From a virus (lineage: Duplodnaviria > Caudoviricetes), in the IMG/VR virus record IMGVR_UViG_3300012952_000007, positions 1 to 39,594 of that record: a stretch of 39,594 nt of DNA; one strand, 5' to 3'. The notes beneath the pieces were generated by a model. The model had not been told where the DNA came from, searched no databases, and was given only the letters and a program-made list of their open reading frames with translations. Positions 17,001-25,012 of this stretch are shown here, in pieces. Each line of letters opens with the position of its first letter. Position 1 is the stretch's first letter. A program made the translations under genes and the position numbers.

Positions 17001-18013
17001 CTAACAGGCCTGTCTTCCTCCACTGCTCCAGCTAGAGTGATTAAGCCAAGTAACTTCTGACCTGCACCAAAAAGCTTTCCAGACGCTGTGAGCGAGACAC
17101 CCTTCTCTATCAGTGGAGCTACATACCCATCACCAAGTCCCTTTTCACCAGACTCGTACATCTTTCTAGACAGGAGGTCGCGATAGAGTATAGCGTCATC
17201 AAAGTCCTTCTCGTTTACCCACCAACCACCAGCAAACTTCTTGGTTTTTGTTTTGAATGTACCTACCCTCACATCCCTATCAAGCTGCGGAACCCAGACA
17301 AACCGTCCATCCCTGCCAATAATCTCAGAGCGCCCAGGCACATAGTCTATACCCCGCTGGAACTGTCGGTGGACTGAGGCCCCATGCCTAACACCTAGAA
17401 CCCCACCCAACTCCTCAGACATTGCCCTTTCTGCTGAGAGTAGCTCAGGGGACTTGCCCTCACGAAACCTCAAGAAGGCATCACCGCTAACAGAGTCAAG
17501 AGTATCAAAGCCCTTGCCAAGAACTAACCCATCCTTGGTCGCGCCCCGCATCCGCTCCTTGAATCCCCATTCACCAATAGCCTCTTTAGGGAGCAGAACT
17601 CCCCTACGATCATCACCAAACCCTAGAGGATACTCGCCGTAATACCCTCTTTGGAAACGAGTGTAGGAGTCTGACACCCTCTGCCTATAGCCCTCTGGCA
17701 AATCAGAGGTTAACGACCCTGGCTCAGGCAAAGGGTGCGGATGTAGGGACTCAGGCATATAGCCAGTCTCTTTATATCGGGCATGGTCTTCCCTAAGAGA
17801 ATCCCAACGATCTACAAAGCCGCCGATGCCTCGACCTATTGCAGACAATACTGAGTCTACCTCTAATGGCTTATAACCCTCTACCTCTAATGGCTTATAA
17901 CCCTCAACATACTCTGATTCACCATAGCCCTCTACCTCTAATGGTTCATAGCCCTCAACATACTCTGATGAATCATAACCCTCTACCTCTAGTGGCTTAT
18001 ATGGCTCTGTCAT
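11090..18013 (-). CDS. Large internal virion / DNA-ejection protein (2307 aa)
   Basis: Last of the internal-protein block; helical/coiled coil; C-terminal HGNNFLSN, GDDFYR, PFVAF motifs resemble large podoviral ejection proteins. Confidence 0.7.
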   Translation of the reverse strand: MTEPYKPLEVEGYDSSEYVEGYEPLEVEGYGESEYVEGYKPLEVEGYKPLEVDSVLSAIGRGIGGFVDRWDSLREDHARYKETGYMPESLHPHPLPEPGSLTSDLPEGYRQRVSDSYTRFQRGYYGEYPLGFGDDRRGVLLPKEAIGEWGFKERMRGATKDGLVLGKGFDTLDSVSGDAFLRFREGKSPELLSAERAMSEELGGVLGVRHGASVHRQFQRGIDYVPGRSEIIGRDGRFVWVPQLDRDVRVGTFKTKTKKFAGGWWVNEKDFDDAILYRDLLSRKMYESGEKGLGDGYVAPLIEKGVSLTASGKLFGAGQKLLGLITLAGAVEEDRPVSNQVISAARTAVDVVDGVRWYVDTDDANGRIIEYGADQYAKLETLMKNGDLSDLLTAGTKAVVFATSFYAGRKLHKMRTSGRLKGRAYAGAKLTQYGATGLALTGSEALFNNDSFSDAAFWTDANWYSDFMENTVEEVKHFVPAVIAFGQMAWKGAGYLAGDESAIEKSKATLDIAAPMASHIAHRAYDFATDYGEFLRPGLGKAVLDYYMFAGVPKAAVRAYAKHMQQTYEARASTAELNNALWEKAEHSLNKGVPWDDIEWPVPRRASDRLRSQSPNALVPVPGAITNDLRAKLEKTEVELDGLLKASERLEGGKALAERDLIIQTGAKRIASDRLKEAGSLGKAIQDEISGYSEWLPRAERQAGAEMFTSVRSYIKDLDNLASKIKAHANAKAVREYYDEAIELQKSIESRHDHASITMYRQSKQTSGKLSELEQRYKAGERKPSAQEQMDRLENLRVHYRDKQVAERKLAVDAKESARVLREERADFVHAERVAASELKDAIGMFPKKGPVVPPTIQRQIGLLEANGSKSLPPITVQGPLQQGPTALIGARRNPFLGALQGADNNLLLGDGYPAVKAINELRSTWGDIRTIEDIKWVSSRVKTILSHHESHLANLRKNAERQANAVKERKLELLAASDNFDSANRLYKEASARLATHGKKDFNAADEIALRKARIKNLELSIAQRVKVDINPKLRGKARESAAQLIAAEETAAYLGNFLSEMSPFVGGFTLFNSIKNSVLNPSLATQGSFPLRHKYAYWTRDRDKRMVQSYTAKVREMQGSAVVHSQEMANILQAVHKKGGDELVAVFGRLLRFDQEEYKAAFTRNLDDLYTAAESEQRIASAFNDIVLLQSAKNTGMRAKLKQRIGVIDERLEHAKTTLETLSEDAAVLTKIFDIKRRLSESLVGLTSKEQQGRISGYYGEAAPLMRLLSPTTLEILLDLRPREAKRWRKRTGKPKKMSTRDMVAAIYGVKPSRRGSAEELAHGMSKVDDLERTAAGLEPGPAARRIIEAMLVQQKGAPQLRQLTELEESVRRRIDALNSRRGKIAEKLDESDAKFKRAFDRYEQVSRPRSPVNEQVLVEKTPFGKLLPKGVLKSIPRQREVIVRPRYKIRDDYTGPIPRKALEQYEKMMNTEGAAMIDHIRHMTRLLAEENAFWDASKLDDLYYPSNLEVWVPKSSSTIAATLESTRQMFKDIFTRGDDVQIIADRLDQAAFAGGNAINAVALKVNKMRRQGLTLEQQKDPRLRPDYDPAKAGRGEYLYLVEDTVKEITENVSTAYYEAANLRLMRDLQDEAQVVKPLNRPLDNGRWEEGSRIANKETAGYWGERGHVLVLQQMPNESAKAYAKRVESSIRDIYKGGITDRTLTESALTTLGKVKPFKESMPRAMRRVFPKVTKGSNGEWWTTGLNRRLIAVENPIVEGTRVNKMGTMNGMLEPNVAYEIVYSRRWASAYRSIAGRVNTWFKGSKTILSPSAHGNNFLSNMLVLSPLAKMEMWNPANWQYYAAAAYDMAFRLKKSKDYLEFEQHGGTGFGVIHRGEAYAEASRAIGKLYNGVFGSALSKATDGAKVLSKIVDASMDIYANGMNAQFPKTGLGKFAKDLLWDTPGNIYQAGDDFYRYAMYKKLKAEHVKAKTWNALNRRKTIDAVRKAYADYENLAGAFHWMRSSIFGKPFVAFNARMLPQVNKYMAENPYRLRSWLLAGDHVKGLSAANIGIDEEALDLIPQMLPHYEGDKMVSLARLTGDVGDLLTFWDTAKMVPGADYLPKVRRKKETAFDWFKRVGLSSSPILGTYLDIFGKDHHYGTALYGGALEGYTSGDQLSAIIQRTLMRFSPSFTGIGQMITPDSWHGIGYGEKRVSKAEAGMPRFGRDSAEIPLLAKLATRGGIRLAKWPMDEYLAWVGGMSARSQRKYMRAIKNLQYKYANNEISEGDYQNRFTILLQLGERLQLEHGKATRAAKAVYEALEDK
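17857..18003 (-). repeat. Coding tandem repeats (24/27-nt units)
   Basis: YKPLEVEG / YDSSEYVEG / YEPLEVEG / YGESEYVEG / YKPLEVEG / YKPLEVD. Confidence 0.9.
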
Positions 18014-20298
18014 GGTTTTTTGGTCTTAGCGTGTGGGTTTAGTTTATCGTTAATGAGCCCTTTCATCTCCTCCAGGGCTTCTTTTGCTAGGTGGGGCCTC
18101 TGTCCTGCAGCCGTTCTAGCAATACTAAGCGCCCTTTTTTGAAGTTTTGCTAGATTTTCCTTTGTCGGCGGGTTCTCCGCGAGAAGCTCCTCAAAATTCA
18201 ACTTAAAGGTGGTCACTAATTGAGGCACTTCATTAGCTAGGTCTGGCTTCTGACTCGCTGGGGTGATTTTACCCTCGATGTACTTGGGCATCTTAAGGCT
18301 TTTTGTGGCCTTAAGCTGAGCCTCTAGGACTTCTATTCTTTTAGCACGCAATATCTTCTCATCAGAGTTTGGGTCTAGTTTGTCTTCTAGCTTTAGGTCA
18401 GCTAGTTTCTTCTCAATCTTAGCCACCGCTAAGCCTACTTCGTCCCTCTCCACTGCTAGTGCGCTTCGCAGTGCCTTCCGGCCTAGCTCCGCTCTCGCCG
18501 CTCGCACCTCATCTACCTGGACCTCAGTTAGGCTTATGCCTGCCTCCTTTAAGGCATTCTCGAAATCCTCCTGTTTAATTCTTTTGCCCTCTAGAGCCTT
18601 CAGCTTCTCTTTAACTAACGCTTGCTTTTGCTTAGACAATTTAAGGGTCGATAGCGCTTGCTGCATGGTGGTGTCGTCCATGGCGAATCCAGTGAGGATT
18701 TTCTCCGCTTCTAAGTCGGTTAGATCCTTGCCAGTTTGCTCCTTGATAAACTCTCTTATCTTGCTCTTCCTAGCCTTTTCGCCATCCAGCTTATCCAACT
18801 CCTCTACCAGCCTGTCATGCTGGGCATCTTTAATGAGCATATCTGCATTATGCCTCTCAGATGCCCTGTCCTCTTCAGCGCTTTTTGCCCTAACATCCAA
18901 TATAGCCCTTGCAGCTTTAATGCCTCCAGGCGTAGTGCCATGATCCTTTAAGAACTTCTTGTAGTCATCGCTTTCTGCTATTTTATTTTCCGCTGCCCTC
19001 GCAGTGATAGCTCCCTCTTTAACCCTTTGCGCCAATCTAGCGCGTTCAAGCTCCAGCCTTGCTACGCGAGATTTGTTCTCTGCGTCCAGGCTATCCTTGT
19101 ATAGCTTAGTGTATGCAGCCTCGGAGTCGCGAGAAACGACCAGACCCGCTCTTTTTGTGTACGTCTGCCCCATTAGCTCTGTTGCTGCGGCATAGCCATT
19201 GATAGCTTGAAGAGCCTTAGCCTGAGCGGCAGTGGGCTTCTCGATGTTCATAAGGAAAGCCATACTCCTCTGACCCTTAGGCAGTGCGTTTAAAGCGGTG
19301 TCTCTCCTTGTCCTCGCATTCTCCCAGTGGCCAACCACCGCTGGTTCAGTCGCTCGGAGGTCGTCTGCAACCTTTTCGACCTTCTTGTTTTCTCTTCTGC
19401 CCTTAACCTTTCCTGGGACCATAATCACCCCGTCCCTATGCCTAGTGCGCCTGTAATGGCTATTACCTCCAGAAGAACGTCTGGCAGCAGGTTTGCTGCT
19501 ACCAACTAATAAATCCGTTGGGCTGTCTATAGTATCTAGATTACCTATGTCGGCTAACTGATATGGGTTTCTTACAGTGACGTTCTTACGACGCCCCCTT
19601 CCAGTGGTAATCTGTTCTGTTTGCCCTAATTGGCGACCCACAATCGGAGCGTATGCCTGTACTGACTTCTCCTTCAATGACCTGCCGTACTGATCTGCTG
19701 CCCTGCCCAGCATACGACTCTCTGCTGTCTCAGTAGGCTTAGGTGCCATGTAGGTTGGCTTGGGTAAAGACTGCTCAAGGTAATCCCGCCTAAGCTGGCT
19801 AAGCCTCTCTCGCTCCTGCTTCGCAGCTACCTCTGCAAATTTATTAGCTAGAGGTTCCGGCAAATTGGTACTTGGGATTTGCATTGGCCCAGCCACTTGA
19901 TAGTCTGCAATCTGCCGTTGGCGTTCCTGCCCTCTCCTAGCAAAGTCAGCTTGAGCCGCAGCTATTGCCTCTTGTGCGACTGCCTCTTGCATTTTGTATT
20001 GCGGATCGAAGTGGCGCTTTTGGGCATCTAGCAGGAACCTGTCTCTCTCTGTAAGGACATCCTTGTTCGCCCTGTCACTCGCTGACTTCTTTCTTGCCTC
20101 TATCTGGCTAGGTGACAACTGATCGTATAGCCCTTCACCTAAATACTTAAGCGCTGGGTTTATAAACATACCTGCCAGTTGTATGTTCTGCCCTCGTCTT
20201 TGAGTTGCAGCTTGTAGCCTAGCTATCTCTCTAGCCCGTCTATCTTCATCGCGGCTAATAGCTGCGGAGAGTGCTTGTGTGCCGTACTTAATGGGCAT
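18010..20298 (-). CDS. Putative internal virion/ejection protein (762 aa)
   Basis: A/K/E/Q/R-rich coiled coil; position in late unit. Confidence 0.65.
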   Translation of the reverse strand: MPIKYGTQALSAAISRDEDRRAREIARLQAATQRRGQNIQLAGMFINPALKYLGEGLYDQLSPSQIEARKKSASDRANKDVLTERDRFLLDAQKRHFDPQYKMQEAVAQEAIAAAQADFARRGQERQRQIADYQVAGPMQIPSTNLPEPLANKFAEVAAKQERERLSQLRRDYLEQSLPKPTYMAPKPTETAESRMLGRAADQYGRSLKEKSVQAYAPIVGRQLGQTEQITTGRGRRKNVTVRNPYQLADIGNLDTIDSPTDLLVGSSKPAARRSSGGNSHYRRTRHRDGVIMVPGKVKGRRENKKVEKVADDLRATEPAVVGHWENARTRRDTALNALPKGQRSMAFLMNIEKPTAAQAKALQAINGYAAATELMGQTYTKRAGLVVSRDSEAAYTKLYKDSLDAENKSRVARLELERARLAQRVKEGAITARAAENKIAESDDYKKFLKDHGTTPGGIKAARAILDVRAKSAEEDRASERHNADMLIKDAQHDRLVEELDKLDGEKARKSKIREFIKEQTGKDLTDLEAEKILTGFAMDDTTMQQALSTLKLSKQKQALVKEKLKALEGKRIKQEDFENALKEAGISLTEVQVDEVRAARAELGRKALRSALAVERDEVGLAVAKIEKKLADLKLEDKLDPNSDEKILRAKRIEVLEAQLKATKSLKMPKYIEGKITPASQKPDLANEVPQLVTTFKLNFEELLAENPPTKENLAKLQKRALSIARTAAGQRPHLAKEALEEMKGLINDKLNPHAKTKKP

Positions 20299-20561
20299 TA
20301 TCTTGTAGTCCTTGGGTTAAGTTCTTTACCTAGTTTAGAGTTAGCTATAACAGGCGTCCTCTTGGTCTTATCCTTGGGCTTAGCCTTAGGCTTTAGTTCA
20401 GCCTTTGCTGCTGCCATAGCTAACTTGCTTAAGCGCGTTTCTTCTTCTTCTTCTTCTTCTTCCTCTTCCTGAGACTGGATAAAGAGGATGTTAGGCTTCT
20501 TCTGAAGCATATCATTAAGAGAGGATAGGCGTTCCTGCATTAGTGTGATTGCGTTTTTCAT
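20298..20561 (-). CDS. Small charge-polarised protein (poly-Glu then Lys-rich)
   Basis: 87 aa with 10 consecutive Glu; TAATG coupling. Confidence 0.55.
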   Translation of the reverse strand: MKNAITLMQERLSSLNDMLQKKPNILFIQSQEEEEEEEEEETRLSKLAMAAAKAELKPKAKPKDKTKRTPVIANSKLGKELNPRTTR

Positions 20562-20564
20562 TTC

Positions 20565-22079
20565 CTACCACCACCCCGTGTCTTCCCAGTCATAGTAATC
20601 ATTGGCACCATCCACGTATGTGGGACCACCAGGATAGAAGGTGTCTGTAGCATCCCAGTATGCCCCAGTGCTCTCCCCAAATGCCCCATGCTCTGAATGA
20701 CCTGATCCGGTATATATTTCTACGTGCGGCTTGCCATCCTTCATAGTCTTCGCAAAGGTCAAACCATTGCCAAACACAACCGCACCACCTTCCGTCATGG
20801 GACTGCCAAGGTCAATGCCATATTCGTCTTCCACATAGTCAGAGAAGCCTTCCCAGTACTCTTGAGGAGAAATCCCCGACTTGACTGTTGCGTCATATGA
20901 CTCCAGCATGCCTACTGCCCTATTGCCAGTCTGACCTGGAGTTACACCCATGAGGCTACCACCAGACAGGTAGTCCATCTTGCCATTGGCATTCTTAGTG
21001 ATCTTGGATATTGCCGCTAAACCCGCCTTTGGGTCGCCAGACTCCAAGGCAGCAGAAAGCTCATTTCCCAACGCCTCGATAGCGCCATCTTCCCAATCGT
21101 ACTTCTCCTGCAACGCCACCATAAAATCTGCACCACCCATAACTAGGTTGTACATCTCTATCTTCCACTGCTGGTCTAACGCAGCTTTTTGCATTTTCTC
21201 CGCATGGTCCCAATCACCCTCCTTCATCGCCGCTTGCATCTCCATCTGGATGGACTGCATCCACAACTCTGAGTTGCGAAGCTTACGCTGGAACCACAAC
21301 TTAGACTTCTGATCGTTAACGTCTGCCAATATCTTAGCTCGGATATTACCCATAGCTACACCTCTAGCACCTGTGCCAGTAAGGCCCATAGCTGCCATCT
21401 GAGCATCCATCATATCCATCTGCTCCTGCATGGCCAAGGTAGCTTGCTCGTCAATCGACGCATACTGGGAGTCAAGATCTTCTTGAGAGATGTACTGGTC
21501 GCCTGACTGAAGCTTTTCGTGCAAAGTGGCAAATGTACTGTCTTTGTATGGAGCCTCCGACTTCTTCTTTTTATACTCCTCCGACTCCTTCCACTCTTTC
21601 AGGCTACTAGTCTCACCCGCTGCTTTTGCTGCTGCATAGCCACCATCGCTATAGTCCTTATCAAAGGTCTTATCTAACTCACCCGCTGCTTTTGCTGCTG
21701 CATAGCCACCGTCATTGGGGGCAGGTTTGTACTGGTTCAGGCCTAGAATAGCCGCTGCTGAATCTAGCGACACTGGCTCACGCCGCTCATCTCCCCCTCT
21801 ATCTGGCGCGGGTGGAGGTCCAAATGGAGCTATACTAGGTATATATGGCGCATCATAACGTTTCGCTGGTGCCACAGGTGCTAATGGTGCTGCCTTCACT
21901 ACAGGCTTAGCTTGTTGGGGCTGTTGGGGCTGGGCTTGTTGGGGCTTAGCCTGTGCAGCAGCGACTGCATATGGGCTAATGTTTGGACCTACAGTACCCC
22001 TACCTAAAGGAGGTAAAGGTGCCTTCGTAGCCACTGGCAGGTTACGACTGGTCTGAATCATGTTAGCTCTGTTATCCAT
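20565..22079 (-). CDS. Putative DNA pilot/ejection protein (504 aa)
   Basis: Pro/Gln-rich N-terminus; MAAMGLTGTG resembles the ARGLxxSG motif of podoviral transfer proteins. Confidence 0.6.
   Translation of the reverse strand: MDNRANMIQTSRNLPVATKAPLPPLGRGTVGPNISPYAVAAAQAKPQQAQPQQPQQAKPVVKAAPLAPVAPAKRYDAPYIPSIAPFGPPPAPDRGGDERREPVSLDSAAAILGLNQYKPAPNDGGYAAAKAAGELDKTFDKDYSDGGYAAAKAAGETSSLKEWKESEEYKKKKSEAPYKDSTFATLHEKLQSGDQYISQEDLDSQYASIDEQATLAMQEQMDMMDAQMAAMGLTGTGARGVAMGNIRAKILADVNDQKSKLWFQRKLRNSELWMQSIQMEMQAAMKEGDWDHAEKMQKAALDQQWKIEMYNLVMGGADFMVALQEKYDWEDGAIEALGNELSAALESGDPKAGLAAISKITKNANGKMDYLSGGSLMGVTPGQTGNRAVGMLESYDATVKSGISPQEYWEGFSDYVEDEYGIDLGSPMTEGGAVVFGNGLTFAKTMKDGKPHVEIYTGSGHSEHGAFGESTGAYWDATDTFYPGGPTYVDGANDYYDWEDTGWW
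21612..21710. repeat. 33-bp exact direct repeat within coding sequence
   Basis: CTCACCCGCTGCTTTTGCTGCTGCATAGCCACC at 21612-21644 and 21678-21710 (GGYAAAKAAGE twice). Confidence 0.9.
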
Positions 22080-22081
22080 AT

Positions 22082-22348
22082 CTACCTCGGTTTATACATG
22101 TTCTCTAATGCATATTGGGATGCATCGGTTTCAAAGCGGAATTTAGGCAGTTGAGGAACCCCCATGCTGGGGTGAACCATAGGCGTCTCCGCTACTACCG
22201 GATTAAAAGACGGAAGGGATTCTAAGCGACGCCGCTCCTCCTCCTCCTTGCGCAATTGCCTTGCTCTATTTGCCTCACTGCGGGCTTGGTGACCCTGCAC
22301 AAAAGTATTAACTGTGCTGAATAGACCCCCTAAAAACGCTCCAAGCAT
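22082..22348 (-). CDS. Small internal virion protein
   Basis: Gly-rich hydrophobic N-terminus MLGAFLGGLF then charged helix; AGGAGGT SD. Confidence 0.6.
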   Translation of the reverse strand: MLGAFLGGLFSTVNTFVQGHQARSEANRARQLRKEEEERRRLESLPSFNPVVAETPMVHPSMGVPQLPKFRFETDASQYALENMYKPR

Positions 22349-22356
22349 GCTACCTC

Positions 22357-22932
22357 CTAGGTATGTATTTTCATTTTGTAGGTGAAGGCTACACTGGAAT
22401 GATATATCTGATCAGGCGTATCCCCAGCATTAGGGGCGCTTGTCTTCACTATTCCGTATGGACCCCCTTGCCAAAAGACAAAAGTCAACCCACCTGCACC
22501 TGCGAGGCTGGACTGCGACCATGATGTGTGCGTTGTGGTGCCCGACCCTGTAAATAGAAGCGTGTTATTGGACCCCGTGCTGCCAAGGTCAGCATTAAGT
22601 GAACCCAAAACTTCTGACGAGTCATACAGCATTGACATGTATAGTTTAGTGTCTGAGTGCGCTACATGTGTAGCCTTTATGCTAACAGGATACCAAGTCT
22701 GACCCGCAGGCACATCAAGGTTAGTGCTGTAGCTGAATATCTTTGTATTGTCTTCTAGGTAGATATTGGGGATTGGGATCACAACTGTATTATAGAAATA
22801 CGGAGTGCTTAGGTTAGTTGCATCCAGGTTGCCATTAACTACGCTAGTGATAGCAGAGAAGTTGGAATTAACATGGCTAGCGTTAGCCGTAGTTCCTGCC
22901 GTAAATGAGTTAGGTATTGTTATATTGCCCAT
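22357..22932 (-). CDS. Tail fibre/spike-like structural protein
   Basis: N-terminal SFTAGTTANASHVNSNF...NGNLDATNL, a common phage fibre attachment motif. Confidence 0.7.
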   Translation of the reverse strand: MGNITIPNSFTAGTTANASHVNSNFSAITSVVNGNLDATNLSTPYFYNTVVIPIPNIYLEDNTKIFSYSTNLDVPAGQTWYPVSIKATHVAHSDTKLYMSMLYDSSEVLGSLNADLGSTGSNNTLLFTGSGTTTHTSWSQSSLAGAGGLTFVFWQGGPYGIVKTSAPNAGDTPDQIYHSSVAFTYKMKIHT

Positions 22933-22934
22933 TG

Positions 22935-23597
22935 CTACCTCACAGTTACTGTGCCGACATTTCCGGCATTAGAGTTAGTGCCACCCTTATATGATATTCC
23001 ACTAGGGCAGACATTCCCCACAAAAGTAGACCGACTAGTAGGATCATCTGCATATATGCTCCCGCCAATCGTGATGTTCCCCATGATAATAGCAAAACTA
23101 GACGCCTTTAACTCCACTAAATATGTTGCAGGGTTTGCAGTTACCGTCCTACAGCATTTCATTAAGAAGTAATCACTACCATCTACCTCAACCAAACCAC
23201 CCACGTTTTCAAATACAACGTCTGTCACTTTGGCTCGCTCCCCGCTAATCTTAATAGCATATGCAGTGCTAGCGTCGAACAGTCTTACATTAGAGATGGT
23301 GAAGTCATCACCAGTAACATTTAAAAGAGTACCAGTACTTAGAGTATTTGTTATTAACGTCCTTGAATTGCCTAGAATACTAACATTATTACGCGCAATG
23401 GGGACTGTCCCATTACAGTAATAGGTATGCGAACCAAGCCTCACTACCCCACCATCGAGTGGCAGATTGCTCACAGCTTGCTCTATGGGTATTCTGGGAT
23501 CTAAGACAGGGTCTTCTATCTGCCTAAGTATCTCATCCTGCGTGTAGGCATCGTTAATGCCATACACTGAGCTAATGCCAATAGTGCTAAAGTTCAT
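22935..23597 (-). CDS. Parallel beta-helix (pectin-lyase-like) tailspike protein
   Basis: IEQAVSNLPLDGGVVRL...NVSILG and repeated I.GN strands. Confidence 0.75.
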   Translation of the reverse strand: MNFSTIGISSVYGINDAYTQDEILRQIEDPVLDPRIPIEQAVSNLPLDGGVVRLGSHTYYCNGTVPIARNNVSILGNSRTLITNTLSTGTLLNVTGDDFTISNVRLFDASTAYAIKISGERAKVTDVVFENVGGLVEVDGSDYFLMKCCRTVTANPATYLVELKASSFAIIMGNITIGGSIYADDPTSRSTFVGNVCPSGISYKGGTNSNAGNVGTVTVR

Positions 23598-24784
23598 CGC
23601 CTAGACTTCCTGGTAAAGTCTACAGCATAGTCTGCTATCTTAATTGGGTTATGGACATCATTAGAACCATCAAACCAGCAAACGCCTATGGTAAACCTCT
23701 TGCCACTTACGCTCTTAGGACTGACACGGTTCTCAAATAAGTCTGCCTCATCCCAGTTCATGTAGGGAGGTGAGTAACTAGCAAACGCTCCTATGGAGTG
23801 AGGGCTCTTATAGCTTCTTCTTACCACATCCAGCAGAGGCATATCAGCAGTCATGCCCTCGGCCAAGAGCAAAGCCCCATCACCTATGAATGGTAGAAAG
23901 TCTCCACCAGAAGCATTCCTAAATACTACAGCGCTAGAGGACACCCCACTGCCCTTTACTACCTCTGACACTGTGCCTGTTGTGCTATTTAGGTCGCTAT
24001 TATCTCCCCAGTGAGACCCGTAAAGAACACAGTTAGATGCTGTGGCAGTTCCTGGCGTGCCAAAAAGCAATGCCTTGTCACCGGTTACACTACAGTCCAT
24101 ACCTACAACCGTATTATACACCTTAGCATTGTCACCTAGAATATACATACCCATTGGCGAACTGCTGCCATCAGTCCGGTTATTGTATACAGTCGTATTC
24201 TTTATTGTAGGACCAGGATTGCCCCCCGTCCCTAAATATATGCATATGTAGGAGGCATTAACAACAAGGCATGACTCTACCAGGGTGCCTGACGCTCCCG
24301 ATGAATCTGGACCCAGTAAGTAAGCGCTGTTGGCCGCAGTATGGTAAGAACCATCAAACCTTACACGTCTATACGTCGTATTGCTGCCCATCCCGGATAG
24401 GCCATAATAGCCAGAGGTTTCGACTATCATGTCTTCAAACAGGTGACCACCATTGTCGAGATAACCACCATGCCCCGCACCGCTCGAAGAGCTAAATGGC
24501 CCAGTGTACCTAAGCTTAAAACCCTTCATCGACATATTTGTGCAATTGTTCATTGCAATGGTCTTATCGCCACCCACGCCATCAGGGTTAGAGTAGTAAA
24601 CGTCATACAGGTCTGGGTTTTCCACGTCGCCTAGAATGGTTACGCTGTTTAGCCCTGTCGGTGTAATCTTTTCATCTACGCTATAGCCGAGACCAAGCTG
24701 TATAGTGTCTCCATCGCTTACTGCTCCTGCTGAGAGGGCTGTTTGTATAGAGGCATAGTCCCCTGGGACATTAATCGTTGCCAT
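23594..24784 (-). CDS. Beta-helix protein with C-terminal 55 aa resembling the missing tail-nozzle C-terminus
   Basis: Start MATINVPGDYASIQTAL (GGAGG SD); ends beta-helix domain with GDF...D...R...SIGAF, then MNWDEA...SGKRFTIGV...IKIADYAVDFTRKSRR. Confidence 0.75.
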   Translation of the reverse strand: MATINVPGDYASIQTALSAGAVSDGDTIQLGLGYSVDEKITPTGLNSVTILGDVENPDLYDVYYSNPDGVGGDKTIAMNNCTNMSMKGFKLRYTGPFSSSSGAGHGGYLDNGGHLFEDMIVETSGYYGLSGMGSNTTYRRVRFDGSYHTAANSAYLLGPDSSGASGTLVESCLVVNASYICIYLGTGGNPGPTIKNTTVYNNRTDGSSSPMGMYILGDNAKVYNTVVGMDCSVTGDKALLFGTPGTATASNCVLYGSHWGDNSDLNSTTGTVSEVVKGSGVSSSAVVFRNASGGDFLPFIGDGALLLAEGMTADMPLLDVVRRSYKSPHSIGAFASYSPPYMNWDEADLFENRVSPKSVSGKRFTIGVCWFDGSNDVHNPIKIADYAVDFTRKSRR

Positions 24785-25010
24785 CTTCACCCTCCAGGCG
24801 TCCATTAGCGTCGTAGGTAAGCTCGCTAATTAGGTTACCATCCTCATCCCACTCCTGGTGTAAGCCGATTGGGATATTATGTGAGTATTCCCCTGTACGC
24901 TTAACAGACCCACTAGGATACGTTATCGTAACAACGCCATGAGTCTTGCCATTTAGCCTAGTTCCTTTAGCAGTACATCCGTCGCTTCGTAGTATTGTGT
25001 ATGTTTCCAT
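24771..25010 (-). CDS. MORN-variant / YwqK-like repeat protein
   Basis: NGKTHG...YPSGSVKRTGEY...G...EWDEDGNLI repeats. Confidence 0.75.
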   Translation of the reverse strand: METYTILRSDGCTAKGTRLNGKTHGVVTITYPSGSVKRTGEYSHNIPIGLHQEWDEDGNLISELTYDANGRLEGEDGND

Positions 25011-25012
25011 GC

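Noticed and set aside
11090-18013. Virion RNA polymerase using hairpin promoters (N4-like)
   Set aside because: I found no convincing single-subunit or DxDGD catalytic motifs; a sigma70 promoter explains early transcription.
21612-21710. DGR template/variable repeat pair
   Set aside because: Short exact in-frame duplication, no adenine-specific differences and no reverse transcriptase.
23762-25012. Self-splicing intron or ribosomal bypass explaining the split nozzle
   Set aside because: Interval is fully coding with no homing endonuclease, RT or evident intron core, and is far longer than known bypass gaps; not excluded without RNA data.
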